Source of the DNA: Rhodospirillales bacterium
GTDB lineage: Bacteria > Pseudomonadota > Alphaproteobacteria > Rhodospirillales > Casp-alpha2
Assembly: GCA_021775325.1 (NCBI GenBank)
Contig: JAJFID010000298.1
Coordinates: forward strand, 1-49,625
Length of the DNA stretch: 49,625 nt
Reading direction: 5' to 3'
In this document: positions 42,332-49,625 of the stretch, piece by piece
Layout: every line of letters begins with the position of its first letter
Position numbering within the stretch: the stretch's first letter is position 1
Made by a program: the position numbers and the translations under genes
Notes under the pieces: generated by a model
Databases searched by the model: none
What the model saw: the letters and a program-made list of their open reading frames with translations, nothing else
Told to the model about the DNA's origin: nothing

Positions 42332-43870
42332 ATGGTAGCGCGTGTAAAGACCGTCGCATTCAACGGTGTGGATGTGCTCGATATCGATGTGCAGGTCCAG
42401 ATTGCCAACGGCCTGCCGGCTTTTTCCGTGGTCGGGCTGGCGGACAAGGCCGTTTCCGAAGCGCGCGAGCGGGTACGGGCCGCTTTGCATGGTATGGGCC
42501 TGTCACTGCCACCCAAACGTATTACGGTCAATCTGGCCCCGGCGGACCTTGCCAAGGAAGGCAGTCATTTTGATCTGCCGATCGCCGTGGGCCTGCTGGC
42601 GGCTATGGACGTCATTCCCGTTGATGACGTTGCTGACTTTGTTGCGCTGGGCGAGCTGGCACTGGATGGGCGGATTTCGCCGGTAGTGGGTGTGTTACCC
42701 GCCGCTATTCACGCCAGCGCGCAAGGCATGGGATTGATCTGCCCGCTCGCGCAGGGCGGCGAAGCCGCATGGGCCGGTGAGCTGAACATTCTGGCAGCGC
42801 AATCATTACTAGATCTGATCAATCATTTCAAAGGTACGCAGGTTTTACGGTTGCCGGAGGCAAACCCGACCATGCTAACGCCGACATATGCCGACATGGT
42901 GGACATCAAGGGTCAGGAAACCGCAAAACGCGCAATGGAAATTGCGGCATCAGGCGGACACAATGCATTGATGATCGGACCACCGGGTGCCGGTAAATCC
43001 ATGTTGGCGCAAAGGCTGCCGGGCCTGCTGCCACCACTGGCACCGGACGAAATTCTGGACGTCAGCATGGTCCATAGTCTGGCAGGAACATTGCCTGAAG
43101 GCGGCTTAATGGCGCACAGGCCGTTTCGCGATCCGCATCACTCGGCCTCTGTCCCGGCCCTTGTTGGCGGCGGCAACCGGGCTAAACCAGGCGAAATATC
43201 ATTGGCTCATCTGGGGGTGTTGTTTCTTGATGAGTTGCCGGAGTTTCAGCGTGGTGCGCTTGAGTCCCTGCGCCAACCGCTCGAAACAGGCAACACAACA
43301 GTGGCCCGCGTTAATGCCCATGTCACTTACCCGGCTCGATTTCAATTGGTGGCCGCCATGAACCCGTGCCGTTGTGGTTATCTGGATGATCCGGCACAGG
43401 CCTGCTCCCGTGCCCCAAGATGCGCGCGGGACTATCAGTCGAAGATCTCAGGGCCACTATATGACCGGATCGATCTTCATGTGGAGGTGGCGGCGGTCAA
43501 TCCTATGGACCTGAGTCTGCCGCCACCCGCCGAGACATCAGCGGACATTGCCACCCGGGTACATTCGGCCAGGTCCATACAACGGCAAAGATACGCGGAT
43601 GTTGACAGTCCGACGCCTGTACGAACCAACGCGGATGCGGACGGCAAACTGTTGGAGTCCGTCGCCGCACCCGATGACGCGGGCCGGGCACTTTTGGCTT
43701 CGGCTATGGAAAAACTGAAATTGACGGCACGCGGTTATCACCGTGTTTTGCGGGTTGCCCGCACATTGGCAGATATGGACGGTAGTGAAATGATTCGTCA
43801 TGTTCACATGGCTGAAGCTATTAGCTATCGTCGCAACATGCCCGGTGCGAGGCAGAATAAGATGTCTTAA
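42332..43870 (+). CDS. comM: YifB/ComM-family Mg-chelatase-like AAA+ ATPase
   Basis: MVARVKTVAFNGVDVLDIDVQVQI..GLPAFSVVGLADKAVSEARERVR (Lon-like N-domain), Walker A GPPGAGKSMLA, LFLDELPEF, and C-terminal LSARGYHRVLRVARTLADM. Confidence 0.93.
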   Translation: MVARVKTVAFNGVDVLDIDVQVQIANGLPAFSVVGLADKAVSEARERVRAALHGMGLSLPPKRITVNLAPADLAKEGSHFDLPIAVGLLAAMDVIPVDDVADFVALGELALDGRISPVVGVLPAAIHASAQGMGLICPLAQGGEAAWAGELNILAAQSLLDLINHFKGTQVLRLPEANPTMLTPTYADMVDIKGQETAKRAMEIAASGGHNALMIGPPGAGKSMLAQRLPGLLPPLAPDEILDVSMVHSLAGTLPEGGLMAHRPFRDPHHSASVPALVGGGNRAKPGEISLAHLGVLFLDELPEFQRGALESLRQPLETGNTTVARVNAHVTYPARFQLVAAMNPCRCGYLDDPAQACSRAPRCARDYQSKISGPLYDRIDLHVEVAAVNPMDLSLPPPAETSADIATRVHSARSIQRQRYADVDSPTPVRTNADADGKLLESVAAPDDAGRALLASAMEKLKLTARGYHRVLRVARTLADMDGSEMIRHVHMAEAISYRRNMPGARQNKMS

Positions 43871-43924
43871 GCGCTCCTAATAGGTAGCTAAACAAACTCA
43901 AATCCAACACCAAATGCTGTGTCG

Positions 43925-43950
43925 GACCGCCGAGCGGGCGGTTCTTCTGT
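43925..43950 (+). terminator. candidate intrinsic terminator after comM
   Basis: ACCGCC (43926-43931) / GGCGGT (43937-43942), 5-nt loop, followed by TCTTCTGTATT. Lies 55 nt after the stop. Confidence 0.4.
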
Positions 43951-44237
43951 ATTGAAACAGTCCCCAGCAGGCTTCGCGCGGCTTTGCCGCTTAACACTGG
44001 GGTGTGCGTGTACATTACCCGACTCTTCCCGGGAATCCTGAGTTATCTGCCCTTTTTGTGACTCCCCCGCAATGCCTGCGCGGTGCCTTCGGGCTGCAGC
44101 AATTGCTGCCTCCAGCACTACCGCGGGATCATTTTTAACAAGGTCACGCGAAATCTCTTCTTTTCGATTGTCGTCTGTCTGGTCAACCATAGGTCGCTCA
44201 ATTAAGAATATGTGTATAGTCTTAAAACAAAAAGACT

Positions 44238-44597
44238 CTATTTAACCATCAGGGGGCCAAGATTGCGGCCGCCGACGATGTGTATATGCAGATGCGGAAC
44301 CTCTTGATTGGAATCCGGGCCATTGTTCACCAGGAGACGATAGCCGCCGTCGGCCAGCCCAAGCACATCCCGCGCTACGTGGCCCACAGCCCGCATGAAC
44401 CCGGCGATTTCGGCATCGGAACCGTTGGCTGTCAGGTCATCCATGTCAATATATGCACCTCTGGGGATGACAAGGACATGAACAGGTGCCTGGGGATTAA
44501 TGTCATTAAACGCAAATGCAAACTCGTCATCGTAAACCGCAGTACTGGGAATCTCACCGCGCAGGATTTTGGCGAAAAGGTTGTCTTGATCGTACAT
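44238..44597 (-). CDS. HIT-family (histidine triad) nucleotide hydrolase
   Basis: MYDQDNLFAKILRGEIPS... and the HLHIHIVGG histidine triad. ATG 44597 is preceded by AGGAA. The ORF-track TTG at 44618 is less likely. Confidence 0.9.
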   Translation of the reverse strand: MYDQDNLFAKILRGEIPSTAVYDDEFAFAFNDINPQAPVHVLVIPRGAYIDMDDLTANGSDAEIAGFMRAVGHVARDVLGLADGGYRLLVNNGPDSNQEVPHLHIHIVGGRNLGPLMVK

Positions 44598-44633
44598 GGC
44601 GTGTAGTTCCTGGTTCAATTCTGATGAAGTGGG

Positions 44634-44951
44634 TCAGATGGAGCGTGCGTTCTTTTCCTCAATGCCTGATGTGCCGCGCCGACGGGCCAGCTCCGCCCAC
44701 ACATCATCGGGTTGAATGCCGACGTACGCCCAGAGTGTGATCAGGTGATAGAGCAGGTCGGCGCTTTCGCTGGTGACCCGCTCCGGTGTTTCCTGGAGCG
44801 CGGCAACCAACACCTCGACGGCTTCCTCATTCAGCTTGCGACCGATCTTCTCGGGCCCGTCTGACAATAGCCTGGCGGAGTACGACGTTTTCGGGTCGTC
44901 GCCACGTCGACTTTCGATAATGTCGAACAATTCCTGAACTGCGTCGCTCAT
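44634..44951 (-). CDS. hisE: phosphoribosyl-ATP pyrophosphatase
   Basis: 105 aa. SYSARLL..G..KI.RKL.EEA.E...A........[10 protein letters not shown] is the MazG-like HisE pattern. Overlaps the hisF stop. Confidence 0.93.
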   Translation of the reverse strand: MSDAVQELFDIIESRRGDDPKTSYSARLLSDGPEKIGRKLNEEAVEVLVAALQETPERVTSESADLLYHLITLWAYVGIQPDDVWAELARRRGTSGIEEKNARSI

Positions 44952-45769
44952 TGTCCCTCCTGACGGGTGGCATTATCGGCAATATGAGTGGATGGGTCCA
45001 GCCGAACGGGCACGCCGGCGTTTTGCATGTACGCCTTGGCTTCACCCACCGTATAGGTGCCAAAGTGAAATATGGATGCAGCCAGTACCGCAGATGCATG
45101 ACCGTCTGTTACACCTTTGACCAGGTGATCCAGCGTGCCAACGCCACCAGACGCAATGACAGGAATGGACACCGCATCCGATACGGCCCGTGTCAACGGC
45201 AGATTAAAACCTGATTTGGTGCCGTCCCGATCCATTGACGTCAACAGAATTTCCCCCGCACCATATTCAGCCATGCGCTGCGCCCACTGGACCGCATCAA
45301 TGCCAGTTTCTTTGCGGCCACCATGGGTAAATACCTCGAACTTTTCGTGTTCGGTTCCCTCGCCACTGACAGATTTGGCGTCGATCGCCACAACGATACA
45401 CTGGCTGCCGAATTTCTGCGCCGCCTGCCGTACAAACTCCGGGTTTTTGACAGCCGTCGTCATAACAGACGCCTTGTCCGCACCAGCCAGCAAAAGGTTT
45501 CTGATATCGTCCAGGGTCCGCACCCCGCCACCCACGGTCAGCGGCATGAAACATTCATCGGCTGTCTGGGCAACCACATCCAGAATGGTGCCGCGATTAT
45601 CGCTGCTGGCCGTGATGTCCAGAAAACACAGCTCGTCGGCCCCGGCCTGATCATACAGGCGGGCCTGTTCAACCGGATCACCGGCGTCCACCAGATCGAC
45701 AAAGTTCACGCCCTTGACCACGCGACCATTGTCCACATCCAGACAGGGAATGATGCGGACCTTCAGCAT
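44948..45769 (-). CDS. hisF: imidazole glycerol phosphate synthase, cyclase subunit
   Basis: [23 protein letters not shown]...[13 protein letters not shown]...PLTVGGGVR...[17 protein letters not shown]...IPVIASGG. Confidence 0.96.
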   Translation of the reverse strand: MLKVRIIPCLDVDNGRVVKGVNFVDLVDAGDPVEQARLYDQAGADELCFLDITASSDNRGTILDVVAQTADECFMPLTVGGGVRTLDDIRNLLLAGADKASVMTTAVKNPEFVRQAAQKFGSQCIVVAIDAKSVSGEGTEHEKFEVFTHGGRKETGIDAVQWAQRMAEYGAGEILLTSMDRDGTKSGFNLPLTRAVSDAVSIPVIASGGVGTLDHLVKGVTDGHASAVLAASIFHFGTYTVGEAKAYMQNAGVPVRLDPSTHIADNATRQEGQ

Positions 45770-45811
45770 TGCCGGACACTCCCCATCCAGACATTCCAGA
45801 TGTCGCACGGG

Positions 45812-46543
45812 TTAATCATGACAACCTCGCAGCATGGCGACCGAAGCCGAAACATCAATCTTACCATCATACACGGCGCGACCGGAAATGATGCCCTCGA
45901 GGCTGGGGATGTTGTCACGAAGCAAGCGCAGGTCCGCCATGCTGGACACGCCGCCAGACGCGATAACAGGAATTGAAACGGTTTCCGCCAGGATACGGGT
46001 CGCCTCCACGTTGGGGCCCTGCATAATCCCGTCGCGGTCGATGTCTGTATATATAATGGCGGCAACGCCGGTGTCTTCAAACCGCCGGGCGAGATCGAGT
46101 ACCGGCACTTCGGACACATCCGCCCAACCCTGTACGGCGACCATGCCGCCAGTGGCATCAATGCCGACGGCAATCTTACCCACATGATTGTGACAGGCCT
46201 GAATGACAAGGCCGGGATCGCGCAGCGCGGCTGTGCCCAGAATAATCCGGTTCAGACCCGCCTCAATCCAGCGATTTATCGTGGCGTGGTCACGAATGCC
46301 GCCGCCCAGTTGTACCGGGACTTCGGTCGCGGCCAGAATTCCCGCGACAGCGTCCGCATTAACAGGCCTGCCTTCAAAAGCGCCGTTCAGGTCGACCACG
46401 TGAATGCGTTCACACCCGGCATCGGTGAAGGCTTTGGCCTGGGCCCCGGGATCATCATTGAAAACGGTAGCCGCATCCATGTCGCCGCGCAGCAATCGGA
46501 CGCACTGGCCGTCTTTGAGGTCGATGGCGGGGTATAGGATCAT
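45812..46543 (-). CDS. hisA: 1-(5-phosphoribosyl)-5-[(5-phosphoribosylamino)methylideneamino]imidazole-4-carboxamide isomerase
   Basis: [22 protein letters not shown]...HVVDLNGA...VQLGGGIR...[10 protein letters not shown]...IPVIASGGV. Confidence 0.95.
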   Translation of the reverse strand: MILYPAIDLKDGQCVRLLRGDMDAATVFNDDPGAQAKAFTDAGCERIHVVDLNGAFEGRPVNADAVAGILAATEVPVQLGGGIRDHATINRWIEAGLNRIILGTAALRDPGLVIQACHNHVGKIAVGIDATGGMVAVQGWADVSEVPVLDLARRFEDTGVAAIIYTDIDRDGIMQGPNVEATRILAETVSIPVIASGGVSSMADLRLLRDNIPSLEGIISGRAVYDGKIDVSASVAMLRGCHD

Positions 46544-47193
46544 GTGGCTGGAGACCAGTTCAGGAAATTTGTGATCAGGCGCAAGCCCGTGGCCTGGCTT
46601 TTTTCCGGATGGAATTGCGTGCCGATTATGTTGTCGCGGCCGATAATCGCCGCAACCGTGCCGCCGTATTGAGTGTGCGATAAAAGCTCGGCCGGGGCCG
46701 CTGTTCGAAAATGAAAAGAGTGAACAAAGTACGCGTGTGCGCCGTCGTTGATCCCGTCCAGAACGGGGTGGTCGCGATTTTTCGTGAATGACAGGTCGTT
46801 CCAGCCCATGTGCGGGACCTTCAGACGGTGATCATCCGGCTGCAGCGCCACCACGTCGCCTTCAATCCAGCCCAGCCCTTCATGGTCGCCGAATTCGTGG
46901 CCGGCGGTTGCCATGAGCTGCATACCAACACAGATACCCAGAAACGGCCGGCGCTCACGGATCACAGCTTGCTGCAGGGCCTCGACCATGCCATCGCATT
47001 GACGGAGATTCTGTATACAGTCGCCATAGGCACCGACACCTGGCAAAACAATGTGGGTCGCAGACAACACCTTCTCCGGGTCTGACGTGACCTCAATTTT
47101 GATGTCCCGCCCGGCATCTCGCGCCGCGCGCTCGAAAGCCTTGGCAGCGGAGCGAAGGTTGCCGGAACCATAATCAATGATCGCCACGGCCAT
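46540..47193 (-). CDS. hisH: imidazole glycerol phosphate synthase, glutamine amidotransferase subunit
   Basis: [13 protein letters not shown]...LPGVGA...[11 protein letters not shown] (nucleophile Cys)...VPHMGWN...YFVHSF...[13 protein letters not shown] overlap with hisA. Confidence 0.96.
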   Translation of the reverse strand: MAVAIIDYGSGNLRSAAKAFERAARDAGRDIKIEVTSDPEKVLSATHIVLPGVGAYGDCIQNLRQCDGMVEALQQAVIRERRPFLGICVGMQLMATAGHEFGDHEGLGWIEGDVVALQPDDHRLKVPHMGWNDLSFTKNRDHPVLDGINDGAHAYFVHSFHFRTAAPAELLSHTQYGGTVAAIIGRDNIIGTQFHPEKSQATGLRLITNFLNWSPAT

Positions 47194-47195
47194 TG

Positions 47196-47594
47196 TCAGG
47201 CGTCCGCCTCAATGAGTTGCGCCATACCGGGATTCAGATCAAAGTATCGCTGCTCGGCAGTGGTCCGGTCACGCGCAACCACCACGTCCAGTTCGGCAAA
47301 CCCGCCTCGCGCCAGCGAAAAGCGGCGTGCGTCGTTGGCAACAAAACCGATCATCGTGGAAATACAGATCTGCACAATTGCAGAGACAGTCTCGCTAACA
47401 CCAAGCTGGGTTAGTGCGATACCAGACAGGACAAGCACGGACAGTGTCACCACCATCATCAGCCACAGCCGATGATACGCAGCCCACAAGAAGGTAAAAG
47501 CAAAGGCTGTCCAAGAAAAACCCTCACGCACAAAGACTATATCCTTGTCCGGGTCCAAGCCCTGTCGGCGCATATGAACGGTATAGACCTGCAT
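47196..47594 (-). CDS. DUF2628-like membrane protein embedded in the his operon
   Basis: MQVYTVHMRRQG.....IVFVREGFSWTAFAFTFLWAAYHRLWL. A two-TM protein between hisB and hisH, as commonly seen in alphaproteobacteria (from memory). Confidence 0.65.
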   Translation of the reverse strand: MQVYTVHMRRQGLDPDKDIVFVREGFSWTAFAFTFLWAAYHRLWLMMVVTLSVLVLSGIALTQLGVSETVSAIVQICISTMIGFVANDARRFSLARGGFAELDVVVARDRTTAEQRYFDLNPGMAQLIEADA

Positions 47595-47617
47595 GTCTTG
47601 CCTACTTGTGCCCGAAG

Positions 47618-48217
47618 CTAGAGAGAGCCGCCGAGCACACCTTTGGTCGACGGCACGGCATCAGCCTTGCGCGGATCGATTGAAATGGCCTGACGAAGGG
47701 CCCGGGCAACTGCTTTAAAGCAGCTTTCAACGATATGGTGATTGTTCTCACCGTAAACGTTCTCCACGTGCAGCGTCAGTCCGGCACCCTGGGCAAATGC
47801 CTGAAACCATTCCTTGAAAAGCTCTGTATCCATATCGCCCAGCTTGGGTTTGGAAAAATCCACTTTCCAGATGAGGTACGGACGATTGGATGCATCCAGC
47901 GTTACCCGGCTCAGCGTTTCATCCATGGGGATGGTGGCATGACCAAACCGCGTGATGCCGGCGCGATCACCCATAGCCTTGGAGACCGCTTCACCAATGG
48001 CGATGCCCGTGTCTTCGGTGGTATGATGAAAATCGATATGCAGATCGCCGCGAGCTTCCACATTAAGATCCATGAGGCTGTGACGGGAAAGCTGCTCCAG
48101 CATATGGTCGAGAAAGCCAATGCCGGTTGATACTGTGTACTCACCGGTACCATCCAAATTCACGTCGACTTTGATGCTGGTCTCTTTGGTTACTCGTTCA
48201 ACAGATGCCTGGCGCAT
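47618..48217 (-). CDS. hisB: imidazoleglycerol-phosphate dehydratase
   Basis: [24 protein letters not shown]...GIGFLDHML...[19 protein letters not shown]...[18 protein letters not shown] 48217 follows AAAGGA. Alternative upstream ATG at 48259. Confidence 0.95.
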   Translation of the reverse strand: MRQASVERVTKETSIKVDVNLDGTGEYTVSTGIGFLDHMLEQLSRHSLMDLNVEARGDLHIDFHHTTEDTGIAIGEAVSKAMGDRAGITRFGHATIPMDETLSRVTLDASNRPYLIWKVDFSKPKLGDMDTELFKEWFQAFAQGAGLTLHVENVYGENNHHIVESCFKAVARALRQAISIDPRKADAVPSTKGVLGGSL

Positions 48218-48472
48218 GGCCTGCGGTCCTTTCGGCGCTGATCGTCTGATTTTCGGCATTCTTTTATCAGGTGATTACGCACTTCGCCAGTAGACAAAAC
48301 AATCGGGTAATCGGGCGGGCCGTTGATAAAATAATATGGGGGCTGGGACTTGACCGGAACGGTTTACTCTTCCAAATCTAGGTGTATAGTCCGCGATGCT
48401 CTCGGGTCGGGCCGAAATTGACAACGGTCCGGGCGTCACCCAATAGATCACAACGCAGTTTGGATACATTTG

Positions 48473-49021
48473 ATGGCTGAAGATTCCAGAAATATCTGGC
48501 ACGGAACGACCATTTTGAGCGTTCGAAAAGGCGGCACCGTTGTTGTTGGCGGCGATGGCCAGGTCAGTCTTGGCGATACCGTAATCAAGGGCAACGCCCG
48601 CAAGGTCCGGCGCATCGGCAATGGCGATGTCATTGTCGGCTTCGCCGGTGCAACAGCAGATGCGTTTACCCTGTTCGAACGTCTGGAAGGCAAACTGGAA
48701 CAGTACCCGGGACAGCTAACCCGCGCCTGTGTGGAAATGGCCAAGGACTGGCGCACGGACCGCTATTTACGGCGGCTGGAAGCGATGATGGCTGTGGCCG
48801 ACAAGGATGTGTCTCTCGTTCTGACCGGGACCGGCGATGTGCTGGAACCGGAAGACGGCGTGATCGGCATTGGGTCCGGTGGTAACTATGCCCTTGCCGC
48901 CGCCCGCGCCTTGATGGATCAGGGCGATATGAGTGCCGAAGACATTGTCCGGCGCTCCCTGGGCATTGCCGCTGATATCTGCGTATACACCAACACCCAG
49001 GTTACGGTTGAAACATTATGA
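48473..49021 (+). CDS. hslV: ATP-dependent protease subunit HslV
   Basis: [12 protein letters not shown] (N-terminal Thr nucleophile after processing)...[14 protein letters not shown]...[18 protein letters not shown] overlap with hslU. Confidence 0.96.
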   Translation: MAEDSRNIWHGTTILSVRKGGTVVVGGDGQVSLGDTVIKGNARKVRRIGNGDVIVGFAGATADAFTLFERLEGKLEQYPGQLTRACVEMAKDWRTDRYLRRLEAMMAVADKDVSLVLTGTGDVLEPEDGVIGIGSGGNYALAAARALMDQGDMSAEDIVRRSLGIAADICVYTNTQVTVETL

Positions 49022-49625
49022 GCAGCTTTACCCCCCGAGAAACCGTTTCCGAACTGGACCGCCATATTGTTGGTCAGGACGACGCCAAACGTGCGGTCGC
49101 AATCGCGTTGCGCAATCGCTGGAGACGTCAGCAACTGGATGAAACCATGCGCGAGGAGGTCCTGCCCAAAAACATTCTGATGATCGGGCCAACCGGCGTG
49201 GGCAAGACCGAAATTGCACGGCGTCTGGCGAAGCTGGTAGACGCACCGTTTGTGAAGGTAGAGGCGACAAAGTTCACGGAGGTAGGATACGTGGGCCGTG
49301 ACGTGGAACAAATCGTCCGTGATCTTATCGATTTTGCCATGAATGATGCCCGCGAGCGGCTGCGCAAACAGGTCGTGGCCAAGGCCGAGCTGCTGGCAGA
49401 GGAGCGCGTTATAGACGTTCTGGTGGGCGATAATGCCAGCCAGGAAACGCGCGAGAAATTTCGCAAGAAACTACGAGAGGGCGATCTGGACGAGCGGGAA
49501 ATTGAAGTCCAGGTCTCAGATTCCGGTGCGTCTTCCATGCCGACCATCGATATTCCCGGCATGCCCGGTGCACAGATGGGCATGCTCAATCTGAATGACA
49601 TGTTCGGCAAGGCCTTCGGCGGGGG
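49018..49625 (+). CDS. hslU: ATP-dependent protease ATPase subunit HslU, N-terminal part (runs off the window end)
   Basis: Manual translation: [40 protein letters not shown]...[46 protein letters not shown]. Not in the ORF track because there is no stop inside the window. Confidence 0.95.
   Translation, partial: MSSFTPRETVSELDRHIVGQDDAKRAVAIALRNRWRRQQLDETMREEVLPKNILMIGPTGVGKTEIARRLAKLVDAPFVKVEATKFTEVGYVGRDVEQIVRDLIDFAMNDARERLRKQVVAKAELLAEERVIDVLVGDNASQETREKFRKKLREGDLDEREIEVQVSDSGASSMPTIDIPGMPGAQMGMLNLNDMFGKAFGG

Noticed and set aside
44096-44109. Perfect 14-bp palindrome GCAGCAATTGCTGC.
   Set aside because: About three perfect 14-bp palindromes are expected by chance in 50 kb (4^-7 per position). 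It occurs once and has no flanking context suggesting an operator.
43888-44190. 100-aa ORF in the 367-bp comM-HIT spacer.
   Set aside because: The predicted protein is charged and disordered with no motif, the SD is weak, and its 3' part is the comM terminator hairpin read on the other strand. It is possibly real but unsupported.

Overview
The window reads as a densely packed core chromosomal segment. Gene content and synteny look alphaproteobacterial (trpS-murJ-glnD-mutS; hisB-DUF2628-hisHAFE-HIT divergent from hslVU; lpoA-like divergent from rsmI-yraN-BON). I call about 50 protein genes, almost all recognisable housekeeping functions: cell envelope, mismatch repair, nitrogen sensing, the hrcA-grpE-dnaK-dnaJ heat-shock block, histidine biosynthesis, oxyR/catalase, and RNA/nucleotide housekeeping. 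I found no rRNA or tRNA genes, CRISPR arrays, transposases, integrases, phage genes or known defence genes. I also see no convincing novel multi-gene system, and I say so rather than forcing one. Five things do stand out. (1) dnaK is interrupted by a single in-frame TAG exactly at the conserved catalytic-lysine codon of the FAIKRLIGR block. (2) gshB carries an in-frame loss of roughly 40 codons covering the conserved MRKDPPFD block. (3) A roughly 620 bp AT-richer noncoding gap between ampG and typA holds two dense families of short inverted repeats, CACAGAG x5 and GTAGAC/GTCTAC x6. (4) A small accessory-looking minus-strand cluster (2OG-Fe(II) oxygenase plus two uncharacterised small proteins) sits between gshB and comM. 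(5) An oxyR-DUF2892-PAS histidine kinase string lies divergent from a catalase, with an OxyR-style 4 x 4-mer operator at exact N7 spacing. All protein calls come from reading the supplied translations and from motif memory. No database search was run.
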